The translations under genes and the position numbers were made by a program. The notes under the pieces were generated by a model. That model was not told the origin of the DNA. It saw nothing but the letters and a program-made list of their open reading frames with translations, and did no database searches. Of a stretch of DNA of 64,000 nt, positions 9,683 to 21,745 are shown one piece after another. The DNA is from Eledone cirrhosa (lineage: Eukaryota). The stretch spans positions 20,274,001 to 20,338,000 of the forward strand of contig OZ024740.1 in assembly GCA_964016885.1 (NCBI GenBank). The letters are read 5' to 3'. Position 1 is the stretch's first letter; each line of letters opens with the position of its first letter.

Positions 9683-12600
9683 ATGGAAGGACTACGGAAT
9701 TCCGGAGAGTTGAAGAGAGAAAAATCTGGACGCTCAGCGACAATGCCAAAGATAAAGACAAACACACCTCGTGGACGAGAATGCGAGCATTCCTCTTTGT
9801 TTCGGCCGCGGATGGCTAACATAACCCCATCTTCCCCCGCTCCCCACCGCTCCCACCCTCCAAACGCAATCCAAAACTTCAGAGTTGGTACCTTGAATGT
9901 AGGCACCTTAAAGGGTCGCTCTAACGAGGTTGTAGAAATGCTTGACGTAAGGAGGTCGATGTTTGTTGTATTCAAGAGACCAGGTGGAGGGGTGGATCTG
10001 CTAGATTCATTGTGGGTAGAAAACGATGCTATAAGCTTTTCTGGGTGGGAAATGACAATGGGCTGGGTGGAGTAGGAATCATGGTAGCAGAAAAGTGGGC
10101 AGATAAGATAATAGACGTAAATAGAGTGAACGACAGAATAATTAAAATAAAACTTGTCCTCAGTAGAACAACGGTGACAGTAATATCTGCGTACGCACCC
10201 CAATCCGGACTGCCCAGCACTATAAAAGACAGATTCTATGAGATACTGATGCTCACTACCTCCCAAATAACCGACAGTGACTATTTAATTATTGCAGGCG
10301 ACCTAAATGGTCATGTTGGACAACATTGTGACGGCTACGATGAAATCCATGGAGGCTATGGGTTTGGTACTAGAAATGAGGAAGGCTCCAGAATCCTGGA
10401 ATTCTGTGACGCAAATAACCTAACTATCTGTAACACTAACTTCAAAAAACGAGACAATCACTTGATCACCTACAGATCAGGGGAACATACCAGCCAGGTA
10501 GATTATATCCTTACCAGAAGACATGACAGAGTGACTGTTGTAAACACTAAATCCCTCCCCCATGAAGAATGCACCTCCCAACATAGACTGATAATTAGCG
10601 ACCTAATAGTCAGGACGAGACGTACTAGACAACAGAAGAGGACTATCCTCAGGAGAAAAATATGGAAGCTAAAGGACCCCACAGCCAGAAATAAATTTCA
10701 AAGCATATTACTTGATGCTTTCGACAGTAAGGAAGAGCAATTAGAGTCGTACAAGGTAGAGGAACAGTGGGAATTCCTGAAAGCAAACCTGCTGATGGCG
10801 GCAGACGAAGTCTGTGGCTGGAGCAGGCCTGTAGGCAGGAGGAGAGTAACATGGTGGTGGAACAGTAAGGTGGAGGGGTCAATTAAGGCCAAAAAGCAGG
10901 CTTGGAAAGTATGGCGGGATGGGGGAAGCAGAGAAGACTATCAAGTGGCCAGGAGGGAAGCTTGGAGACAAGTGTACTTCGCAAGAAGGGAAGCAGAGGA
11001 AAGAAAGTTCAAGCATGTTCTACAACGCGAGGACCAAAAACGTGAGGTGTTCAGGATTGCTAGGCATTGTGTCAAGGAAAACAGTGATATTGTCGGGGAG
11101 AAGTGTGTACTTAATGATGACGGCGTACCTGCCATCACCGACGCTGATAAGAAGGTAGCTTGGAAGTGTCACTATGAAAGGCTACTAAATGAGGAGAATA
11201 AATGGGAGAAAGACAGTCTCCCCCCCCACATCGACCCAATAGAGGAACCAGCAGTGTTAGTCGAGGGTAGTATAATAAGTAAGGCAATCAAAGATATGAA
11301 GACGGGTAAGGCGGCTGGGCCTTCGGAAATAGTTGCCGAGATGCTGAAGGCATCTGGTACGGTGGGACACACCATGGTCACCCGGATAGTCAACCAAGTC
11401 ATACAGAATGGGGTTGTTCCGAAGGACTGGCGTAGCAGCATCATCGTTAACTGTTATAAGGGTAAAGGAGATGCCCTAGATAGGAGTAACTATAGAGGCA
11501 TTAAATTAATCGACCAGGTCATGAAGGTCACGGAAAAAGTAATAGTGCAACTAATCAGAGAGCGAATTGATCTAGATGAAATGCAGTTCGGGTTTGTGTC
11601 AGGAAAAAGTACCACAGACGCTCTTTTCATTGTACGACAACTACAGGAGAAGTACCTAGCTAAAAGTAAACCCCTATACTTAGCTTTCGTCGACTTGGAG
11701 AAAGCCTTCGACAGAGTCCCCCATTCCATTATCTGGTGGGCTCTTAGAAAACTAGGTGTTGATGAATGGCTTGTGAGAGCTATACAAGCCATGTATAAAG
11801 AAACAGTCTGCAAGGTTAGAATTAACAACGAATATAGTGAAGAGTTTAGTGTAAAAGTTGGTGTTCATCAGGGCTCTGTTCTTAGCCCCCTACTATTTAT
11901 TATTGCCCTCCAGGCTACAACAGTGGAGTTCAAGACTGGCTGCCCATGGGGACTCCTATACGCAGATGTTCTAACGCTCATAGCTGAATCAATGGCCGAG
12001 CTAGAGAAGAAATTCCAAACATGGAAGCACGGCCTAGAATCAAAAGGCCTTAAAATTAACCTGGCTAAGACTAAAGTTCTAGTTTGTAAGAAAGAAAATA
12101 AGGTGGCGGTCCCCTCCGGGAAGTGGCCATGCTCAGTGTGTAGGAAAGGCGTAGGTAGAAACTCCATTTTGTGTCCCAAATGCAAAGTATGGGTGCATAA
12201 AAGATGTAGTGGGATCACAGGTAAGCTAACTAAGAACATAGATTTTACATGTGGCCGGTGTTCTGGGGCAATAAGTAGCAGCAAGTGCCCAAAAAATACT
12301 AGCTCTTTCAACTGCGCAGAGGGTTCTATAGAAATAGTGGACAGCTTCCGTTACCTGGGTGACAAAATCAGCAGTGGGGGAGGGTGCTCTGAAAGTACAG
12401 TAGCTAGAGTCAGAACTGGATGGAAAAAGTTCAGAGAGCTTATACCGCTATTAGCCGCTAAAGGGTTCTCTCTAAAAATGAAAGGCAGGTTGTACGATGC
12501 CTGCATACGAACAGCAATGATGCATGGCAGTGAGACCTGGGCATTGTGTGCAGAGGATATACGCAGACTAGAGAGAAACGAAGCTTGCATGCTCCGCTGG

Positions 12601-12915
12601 ATGTGTAATAGTAATATACGCGAACGGCAAAGCATAAACGAACTAAGGAAAAAATTAGAAATAAGAGGTATCAGATGTTGTTTACTCGAGAGAAGGCTAC
12701 GTTGGTAGGGTCACGTGATGCGCATGAAGGACGATAGCTGTATAACAAAGTGCAGGGCAATAAAGATAGACGGTAGCCACGGAATAGGCAGACCCAGAAA
12801 AACCTGGGACGAGCTGATAAATTCCGACCTCACACACTTACACCTCACCAAGACAATGTCACTGGACCGAGACCTTTGGCGGTACTCAGTAATAGAGAAG
12901 ACCCGCCTTACCTAA
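9683..12915 (+). pseudogene. RTE ORF: APE endonuclease + RT with PHD-like insert; inactivated
   Basis: FRVGTLNVGTL, frameshift ~9953, CIQETRW, SAYAPQ, GDLNGHVG, QVDYIL, FVDLEKAFDRV, GVHQGSVLSP, YADV (11959-11970, instead of YADD), FRYLG, TAG at 12706-12708 where WYGHV is expected. Start codon uncertain. Confidence 0.9.
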
Positions 12916-13271
12916 GTACAAAGCAAAACCTACTACAGTCAGTAGGCATCTCTAACAAAATACCCCCCCCCCCCATCCACACCGCCCCTTTCAATGTAAA
13001 GTTATGTTGGTGCCACAACATCCAGGCCGAAACAAATGAGATCGTGTAGGTGTCACGTCAAAAAACACACAGTTCACGCTGTAATGTGGCCGTGTAGGCA
13101 ACACGGTAAAAACCTCCCAGCCCCACACTGTAAATGTGGTTGGTGTTAGGAAGGGCATCCAGCTGTAGAAAACCCGCCAGATAGTCCTATGCGAGCAAGA
13201 TAACCACTCTTGCCTCAAGTGGGAAAACCCTCCGTCCAAACCCATGCAAGCGTGGAACACGGATGTTAAAC

Positions 13272-13300
<29 letters not shown>

Positions 13301-13304
<4 letters not shown>

Positions 13305-13545
13305 ACTATTGTATTTTCACAGTAAAGGCTTTACCTCACATATCTCACATAACATTTACATTACTCTATATATACTATTGTATTTTCACAGTAAAGGCTT
13401 TACCTCACATAATATCTCACATAACATTTACATTACTCTATATATACTATTGTATTTTCACAGTAAAGGCTTTACCTCACATAATATCTCACATAACATT
13501 TACATTACTCTCTATATACTATTGTATTTTCACAGTAAATGCTTT
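13301..13545 (+). repeat. 72-bp satellite, segment 3
   Basis: About 3.5 units of the same monomer. Confidence 0.93.
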
Positions 13546-13647
13546 AACTCTATGCTGTGAATCATGTTGTCTATCTACAGATACTGCCAATCCACCACTC
13601 TCTTCATCAATATTGTTTCTGTATAGCAGTAGCCACCACCATCACCT

Positions 13648-14472
13648 ACCTTCACTCTCTACTTCCTTCCTTGACTCTCTACTTCCTTCCTTGACTCTCT
13701 ACTTCCTTCCTTGACTCTCTACTTCCTTCCTTGACTCTCTACTTCCTTCCTTCACTCTACTTCCTTCCTTGACTCTCTACTTCCTTCACTCTCTACTTCC
13801 TTCCTTGACTCTCTACTTCCTTCCTTCACTCTCTACTTCCTTCCTTGACTCTCTACTTCCTTCCTTGACTCTCTACTTCCTCCCTTCACTCTCTACTGCC
13901 TTCTTTCACTCTCTACTTCCTTCACTCTCTACTCCTTCCTTCACTCTCTACTCCTTCCTTCACTCTCTACTTCTTCCTTCACTCTCTAATTCTTCCTTCA
14001 CTCTCTACTTCTTCCTTCACTCTCTACTTCTTCCTTCACTCTCTACTTCTTCCTTCACTCTCTACTTCTTCCTTCAGTCTCTACTGCCTTCCTTCACTCT
14101 CTACTTCTTTCACTCTCTAATTCCTTCTTTCACTCTCTAATTCCTTCCTTCACTCTCTACTTCCTTCCTTCATTCTCTACTTCCTTCCTTCACTCTCTAC
14201 TTCCTTCCTTCACTCTCTACTTCCTTCCTTCACTTTCTACTTCCTTCCTTCACTCTCTACTTCCTTCCTTCACTCTCTACTTCCTTCCTTCACTCTCTAC
14301 TTCCTTCCTTCACTCTAATTCCTTCCTTCACTCTCTAATTCCTTATTTCACTCTCTAATTCCTTATTTCACTCTCTAATTCCTTATTTCACTCTCTACTT
14401 CCTTCCTTCACTCTCTACTCCTTCCTTCATTCTCTACTTACTTCCTTCCTTCATTCTCTACTTCTTTCTTTC
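13648..14472. repeat. Polypyrimidine ~20-bp minisatellite
   Basis: Tandem TTCACTCTCTACTTCCTTCC / TTGACTCTCTACTTCCTTCC. Confidence 0.93.
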
Positions 14473-14761
14473 AATTATTGAAGATTATTCATTTCTCCAA
14501 GAATATAACTGGTATCAACAGAATCTACCCACTTTATCTTTAGAGCTCTTTGTAGATATGGATGGATGTATGTATCTGTGTGTATATGTATACACATACA
14601 TGCACATACAGAGGTATGCATGTGAATATGTATGTGTGTGTGCGTGTGTGTATATATATATATATGTATCTATGTGTATATGTATACACATACATGCACA
14701 TACACAGAGGTATCAATGTATATTTGTGTGTGTGTGTGTATATATAGACGCAAACACACAT

Positions 14762-15170
14762 ATCATCATCTTTTAACATGCATCTTCCACGCTAGCATAG
14801 GTTAGACGGGTTCTATTTTAAGGCAAGTTGCTCGGTGCTTTTTGCCGTATATTTTACATGTCCACTTTACAGTGTGGGCTCGGTGCTTTTTGCCGTATAT
14901 TTTACATGTCCACTATACAGTGTAGGCTCGGTGCTTTTTGCCGTATATTTTACATGTCCACTTTACAGTGTGGGCTCGGTGCTTTTTGCCGTATATTTTA
15001 CATGTCCACTTTACAGTGTGGGCTCGGTGCTTTTTGCCGTATATTTTACATGTCCACTATACAGTGTAGGCTCGGTGCTTTTTGCCGTATATTTTACATG
15101 TCCACTTTACAATGTGGGCTCGGTGCTTTTTGCCGTATATTTTACATATCCACTTTACAGTGTGAGCTGG
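14762..15170 (-). repeat. RTE-like 3'-end remnant with 7 x 48-bp tandem repeat
   Basis: (CAT)n and CTTCCACGCTAGCATAGGTTAGACGGGTT match the RTE 3' ends at 25905 and 39443. Unit CTCGGTGCTTTTTGCCGTATATTTTACATGTCCACTTTACAGTGTGGG runs 14831-15166. Confidence 0.85.
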
Positions 15171-16009
15171 GGGAAGCGGGTTAGATATCATTTGCATACA
15201 CTATTATTTTATGTCTATTGTAATATGCTGCTATGGATTGGGCTATATATAAATCGCACACACACACACACACTCCCACACACACTCAGATCTCATTATT
15301 GTTATGAACCTTGTTTTTTTTTATTTTTCATAACTACTTATATTATATTATTTAAAGATTTGATTTCTATATTTGTTTTTGTTCTGATGAAATAATGGAA
15401 ATATTTTGGTCTGGTGGTTTATATCAATAATCCAGGATAGAATCTCTCAGGTCTTTTAATTCTGGCTGGATTTAGCTGCTTATTATGTTCTTTGTCTTCA
15501 TTGCATTATATTTTAATGGTATGGTCTATGTTATTTTTATTGGATTGTATAAATAAATAAATCACTTCTTAATGAGAACATCTTCTTCACCGACATATTC
15601 CTGAGTTGTGGGGGCAGAGTTCTCAAACACTCCATCCAAAGCAACCATCTCCAGCCGATCCGGCTAGATCCCCAAGCATTACCAGCCAAACTCATGGATG
15701 TTATCCAACCATCTTCCTTGGGGTCTACTCTTGGGTCTCCTGCCGGTTGGTTTTGCCTGTAAAATCTGTCCAGCGATTCTTTCCTGAGACATTCTAACCA
15801 CATCCCCATAGTATCTGATCTGTAAATGAGAACATCTATTTTTTAAATTGATGATGGTGATGGCAGTGATGATGATGACGACTGTTTGCTTGACACCACA
15901 ATAACCATAAGAAAGGTGCCAGATGCCTCAGTCTGCTGGATGCAGTTTCATATCTTGCAACCCAATATACAGTCAGAAGAAAACTGAAATGCCCAAGGAA
16001 AAGAAAGCC

Positions 16010-16211
16010 CTATTGTATATACTCGAATATAAGCCAATCTGAATATAAGCTCCCTTATTTTATTTCTGAGAAACAGGTGAAAATCTAAACCCCATTTATA
16101 AACCAAGGCAGCTAATCAACACATTGTTTAGATGGTGTATATAAGCCAACCTCTTATTTTACCATCAATATTTTGGTCACATATTTCTCTTATATTCGAG
16201 TATATACGGTA
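16010..16211. mobile_element. Putative Tc1/mariner(pogo/Tigger)-like MITE
   Basis: Inverted ends GTATATACTCGAATATAAG ... CTTATATTCGAGTATATAC. A related inverted partial copy lies at ~50620-50720. Confidence 0.65.
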
Positions 16212-16871
16212 TTTATTATAGTTTCTGATTCATGCACAAGGCCAACATTTTTGGGGGAGGGGGAAGTTAAAATAAAGTACCAATCACACACTGGGGTCAA
16301 TTTAATTGACTTTTCCCTTTCCTTGAATTGCTGGCCTTGTGCCTAAATCAGAAACCATTAACGTTACTAAAACTAGTCACCCAGTTTTCTTAGGACATAC
16401 AGAAACACACACACACCCCTTTGCCCCCCAATACCTGTTGACAAACTTGCACTTACCCCCCCCCCCCTCTGTTTTTAGGTGACAACACTCTCTATCTATC
16501 TTTGACACACACACACACACACACACACTCTCTCTAATAACAACCTGTCATAGTAAAAGTCTTTTTTCAAAGTCTGTTGCAGTTTCTGTTGGACATACAT
16601 AATCCCCCCCCACACACACACACACACATCCCCCGCCCTTACACCCATCCCCCACCCCTACAGCCATCCCCACAAACCAAAAAGACTCCACTTTTTCGTT
16701 AGAGAGAAGTGGAGTAGTATTTTCCTCCCTCTTCTGTATGAGCAAAATATGGTTACCTGACCTATCTCACAACAGGTGAGATAGTATTGAGAAATGGATG
16801 TTCAACAGTGATGATGATGTAGAGAGCGTGTTTCTTATTGTATAGATTCATCTATTGTTGCTTTATTTCAG

Positions 16872-16996
16872 GTTTGTACAAAGGGTAAAGCCCATGTAAT
16901 GAAGTTCTTACAAAAGGTAGCTGATCGGAACAAAGCACTTCTCAATGACAGTGAAATGAAGTGGAACTGTAGGAAATCTTTCCCTCAACCTGCTGC
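16872..16996 (+). CDS. LRCH: Internal exon of an LRCH-family (leucine-rich repeat + calponin homology) gene
   Basis: tttcag| ... |gtgagt; 125 bp, phase 0 to 2. VCTKGKAHVMKFLQKVADRNKALLNDSEMKWNCRKSFPQPA(A) resembles the recalled vertebrate LRCH motif ICTKGKVHIFKYL at the end of the LRRs. Confidence 0.8.
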
Positions 16997-17875
16997 GTGA
17001 GTAAACCCATTTTTAATGTTAAAATAATTTGTCCAAGACCCAGTGGCTAATCAGGCTAGAGCTTTTCCTGGTTATATTGGCATTAAGCAACTGAGAGTAC
17101 AAACTAGGATGTTAGTCCATCATTAGCTCCTGCTGTTGTTGCTAGTACTCATTTATTGTGAACTGGAGCAATGTGAAAGGAAGTGCCTTGTTCAGAGATA
17201 GTGAATACCAGTACCAACATCAGCTGGGGATTAACCTTGCAATGAACTAGTATTTTGTCTTCTACTTTCAGTCAACACCACATGAAACTAGTATAAGCTC
17301 AAGCCTAAGGGGTCTCTAGACACAAGACAGACTGTAACTTTTTTTTTTTTAGCATGATTGAACCTTTTTGCTAGCAGATTTCCAATGAAAAAATACTGCC
17401 TATAATTTCAAATATAATTACGAATTTGAAGGGATTTTATAAAATAATTTTCTTATTATCAAGCTGGTGTTTGGAGCATAACTTAAATGTTCTTAGACAG
17501 AAATATGTTTAAAGGCTTACAGATATTTATAAACACTTTAAAACAAGCAGTTATGTTAATTTAAAGGATGATGTGCTCATGTCAATGCCAACTTTTTCCA
17601 TCTTTTAAGGGTTCTCACCTTATTTTATAGCATATCTGCACATGAGCACACCATCCTTTACAATTAATTCTATATTTTTAGGGCTTCAAAGTCCGATCTC
17701 TCAATTCCGTACATTATATGTTGTAAAACCAGAGGCTGTTTCAGGCAGTTTGATGTTAAACCAAAGGAGTTAACATCATTGTACCTCCCTCTTAATGGGA
17801 TTCCACTGATTTCATTTTTAATTGAAAACAAATAAATTTTTATTGATATGTTTTGTGTGTGTTTTGTCTTTGCAG

Positions 17876-17990
17876 ACCCACAGAAGAGTTTGGTAATCTG
17901 TCCCCAGAACAGCGATGGAAGAGACACATGCTTAGTAGTGATTCTGGCTATATTGACGGCAGTGACAAGAGTAACTGGTCCTTACTAGAG
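17876..17990 (+). CDS. LRCH: Internal exon of the LRCH-family gene
   Basis: ttgcag| ... GAG|gtaaat; 115 bp, phase 2 to 0, compatible with the previous exon. PTEEFGNLSPEQRWKRHMLSSDSGYIDGSDKSNWSLLE resembles the recalled LRCH DSG...GDKRWS..E segment. Confidence 0.8.
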
Positions 17991-18596
17991 GTAAATAAGA
18001 CGTCCCCTCCAGCATGGCCTGAATGTGTGTCTGCTACTCAGTTGGCTCCTTGTTACAACTACATAATGAGGAAACTTGGCACCAACACCAACCACTACCG
18101 CCACCAACATGTTCAGCAACCATCTCGACTATATGACAATAGAATAGAGGTAGTCTTTATTTTGTCTCTTGTCTAAAATCAACAGCTAAACTGCAGCACA
18201 TAGCTAAATTAGGACATAGTTTCTCCATTTATCACCCTATCCATTTTCAGTTTTCTTATATTCAAGCTATCTAATTTCCAAATCTAAGCTTTTAAAAAAT
18301 AAAAATAACTTTTAAAAAGCCTATATATACTTGGTAAGGTCTGAACCAGTGGTTTCCCAACATATTTCCCTAACCAATTGTAGAACCCATAAATATATTT
18401 TATGGACAATCCCTGCTATCATTCTAAGACATTAAATGAAATGTAAATTATTTTAGAGCGAGAATATATTTATATTAAAATGAGAGAATATATTTATATT
18501 AAAATGAGAGAATATATTTATATTAAAATGAATATAAATAAATTTTAATGAACGATGCTGTATCTCATGATATCCCAGTATTTGTTTTTAGGGATT

Positions 18597-21050
18597 GGCG
18601 GTGGATTGGCAGTATCGGTAGAGAGTCGGACCCCATGCTTTGAAGCATAGAGTTACGTCCCTTTATGATCTGAGTTCAAATCCCGCCAAGGTTAACTTTG
18701 CCTTTCTCCTTACGGGGTCGATAAAATAAAGTACCAGTAATGTACTGGGTAATTGCTGGCCTTGTGCCTAAAATAGAAACAAGTATTTATTTTTAGGGAC
18801 CCACTGGTTTATACTAACATTATTATTATTATTGGGGTGGGTGGGTGAAGAGTCATTAGAACATTGAATAAAATGCTTTGTGATATTATTTTAATGAATG
18901 GTTAAATCCCGTGGAGGTCTTTGATCCTTCTGGGTTTGATAGATGTACCAGTTAGCTACTTGGGGTCAATATACTAACACCCCCACCCAATTTTTGGCCT
19001 TGTATCTATGTTAGAAACATTATTATTAAGGAGGGCGGTGGCTTGGCAGTATCGGTAGAAGGTTGGACGCCATGCTTTGACGCATAGTTACGGCCCTTGC
19101 CATTCTGAGTTCAAATCCCGCCGAGGTTAACTTTGCCTTTCATCCTTACGGGGTTGATAAAATAAAGTACCAGTAATACACTGGGATAATTGCTGGCCTT
19201 GTGCCAAAAGTAGAAACGATTATTATTAAGGAGGCAAAGGGTGGTGGGTTGGCAGTATCAGTAGAGTTCAGACAACATACTTTGCAGCATAGAGTTATGG
19301 CCCTTTATGGTCTGCGTTCAAATCCTGTTGAGGTTAGTTTTGCCTTTCATCCTTAAGGGGTTGATAAAATAAAGTACCAGTAATGCTCTGGGGTTGATTT
19401 AATCAACTTTCCCCTCCCCCCCAAATTGCTATCCTTGTGCCTAAATCAGAAACAATTATTATGGAGGCAAATGCAGTGGATTAGCAGTATCAGTAGAACA
19501 TTGGACAACATGCTTTGAGGCATATAGTTGTGCTCCTTTATGTTCTGAGTTCAAATCCTGCTGAGGTTAGCCTTTCTTTTCATCCTGATGGGGTCAATAA
19601 AATAAAGTACTATTAAGTGCTGGGGTCAATTTATTTGACTATCCCCTTAAAATTGTTGACTTGGTGTCAAATGTAGAAACAATTATTATTAAGGAGGTAA
19701 ATTGGCCAAGTGATTTGGGTAACAGATAAAATACCTTGTGGTATTTGTATTTATTTAGAGCCCGAGTTCAAACCCCACTGAAATCAACCTTCCCTTTCAT
19801 CCTTTTAGTCATGTAGTGAGTTAATTTAATTGATTAACCTCTAGTGTCGGTTTCTGGTCTTGCACCTGTCACTGGATTGGAAGACTTCTTAGAGCATTGG
19901 ACATTCTACCAATTCTTTATATTCTTAGTTCAGTAGCTTTTCATTCTTTCAGAGTTGATAAAATAAAGTACCAGTAACACACTGGGGTCAATTTAATCAA
20001 CCCGCTCAGATCGTTGACTTGTGCCTAAATCAGAAATCATTATTATTATTGACAAAATTGGTAGAGCATTGGACAACATCCTTTGCAGCATAAAGTTACG
20101 TCCCTTTACGTTCTGAGTACAAATCCTGCTGAGGTTAGCTTTGCCTTTCATCCTTATGGGGTCAATAAAATAAAGCACCAATCACATTACTAGGGTCAAT
20201 TTAATCAAATTTGCTCTCCCCTAAAATTGTTGGCCTTGTGGCTAAATCAGAAACCATTATTATTATTATTATTAACCAGCTTTCTATTTATTATTTGCTT
20301 TCAGTATTATTAGTTTAAATCCTAATTTCAGTAGTGCTTACAGTAGAATTTAATATTTTGTGAAGTGGTAGAAATGGTAAAGCATTGGACTTGGAACATT
20401 CATCTGACCCATTCATTACATTGCCATTTGAAATTCTGACTAGGGATCAACTTTGCCTCTCTCATCCTCTCCATGAAACGTACGGTGTTCTGCCGGTGTT
20501 AAGGTGGATAGTTAATAGGATCGTGAGAAGATTAGACTTGTTTAATTTACATTCTGAATTCAAATCCATCTGAGATCATCTTTGCTTTTTATCGTTCCGA
20601 GTTTGATAAAATAAAATACATGTCAGGGTTGATTTAATCAACTATAACATCCCCTCAAATTGCAGGCCTTGTGCTTCAACTAGAATTCATCATTCAGTGA
20701 ATTGGCAGTATTGGTAGAGAGTCGGACGCCATGCTTTCCAGCATAGTTACGTCCCTTTACGGTCTGAGTTCAAATCCCGCCGAGGTTCACTTTGCCTTTC
20801 ATCCTTACGGGGGTCGATAAAATAAAGTACCAGTAATGCATTGGGTAATTGCTGGCCTTGTGCCAAAAGTAGAAACAATTATTATGAAAGGGTAGTATCT
20901 CTAGGGCATCTTACAAAATGCTTTATGGCATGTAGTTATGGCTCTTTACTTTCTAAGTTCAAATCCAGCCGAAATTAACTCTGCTTTTCATCTAACTGGA
21001 GTCAATAAAATAAAGTACCAGTCAAGTACTGGGGTTGAATAAATTGATAA
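18597..21050 (+). mobile_element. Cluster of roughly 8-10 co-oriented tRNA-derived Nin/Deu-like SINE copies and fragments
   Basis: Repeated GGCAGTATCGGTAGAG...GAGTTCAAATCC...GCCTTTCATCC...GATAAAATAAAGTACCAG...AGAAAC(ATT)n starting at ~18597, 19034, 19240, 19472, 20057, 20700 and others. Confidence 0.9.
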
Positions 21051-21270
21051 ATAACCCTTTTATCACCATATTTCTAATGAAAGACACTGATTTTCAGATA
21101 ATTTTGAAAATAATAAAAAATTTTGGAGGATTTAGAAATATATATTAACTATTTTCATAATTAATGTAGTGTTTGGAACATTAACAAGTTCTTGCATAAA
21201 ATTATGAGATGTATTTCAAATAATTTTATAATTAAAATAGAAATAAAAGCATTGCTGTAATGTTGAGTAG

Positions 21271-21430
21271 ATAATATAGTCTAATAATGGGGCGTATAAA
21301 CCCCTGAACTGAAAAAGATGGGTATGAGCACTCATGGGAGTTGAACCTACACCTCTTATTTGCCGGACAAGTATGGAACCATCTTTTTCAATTCAGTGGG
21401 TTTATACACCCCATTATTAAACTATATTAT
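21271..21430. mobile_element. Small foldback element, ~52-bp imperfect inverted arms
   Basis: ATAATATAGTCTAATAATGGGGCGTATAAACCC...AAAAAGATGG pairs with CCATCTTTTT...GGGTTTATACACCCCATTATTAAACTATATTAT. Confidence 0.75.
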
Positions 21431-21435
21431 GTATG

Positions 21436-21745
21436 AGGTGCTTGGCTTTGTGGTTAGGGTATTCGACTTACAATCGTAAGGTCGTGAGTTTGATTCCTGG
21501 AGGCGTGTTGTGTCCGTGAGCAAGATACTTTATTTCATGTTGTTCCAGTCCACTTAGCTGAAACAAAGGAGTTGTGCCTATAATTGGAACGGACAGCTTT
21601 GCCACATTGATTCATGCTGAATCTCCCTGAGAACTACGTTAGGGGTATGTGTGTCTGTGGAATGTTCGGCCACTTGCTCATTAATTTTACAAGCAGGCTG
21701 TTCGTTGATCATATCAACTGCAACACTTGTCATAACTGACAGTAC
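21436..21745 (+). mobile_element. Second tRNA-derived SINE family (CORE-like central block); related copy at ~44757-45000
   Basis: A-box-like GGCTTTGTGGTTAG, B-box-like GAGTTTGATTCC, then GTGTCCGTGAGCAAGATACTTTATTTCA. Confidence 0.7.

Larger units (their letters stand above)
8875..13302 (+). mobile_element. RTE-type LINE, near full length, inserted in the satellite, (GAT)n tail
   Basis: Satellite phase resumes across the insert (...ACTCTCTAT | ATACTATTG...). One long APE+RT reading region; 3' end GTTAAAC(GAT)n at ~13265-13302. Whether 8875-9568 belongs to the element is inferred. Confidence 0.88.

Noticed and set aside
13545-13560. MITE terminal repeat closing the first satellite array
   Set aside because: No CTAAAGGGTTAA or subterminal sequence follows 13545, so this array is not shown to sit inside an intact MITE.
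18597-18690. SINE heads as real tRNA genes
   Set aside because: They have A/B-box-like motifs but no complete cloverleaf and run into SINE core and tail.
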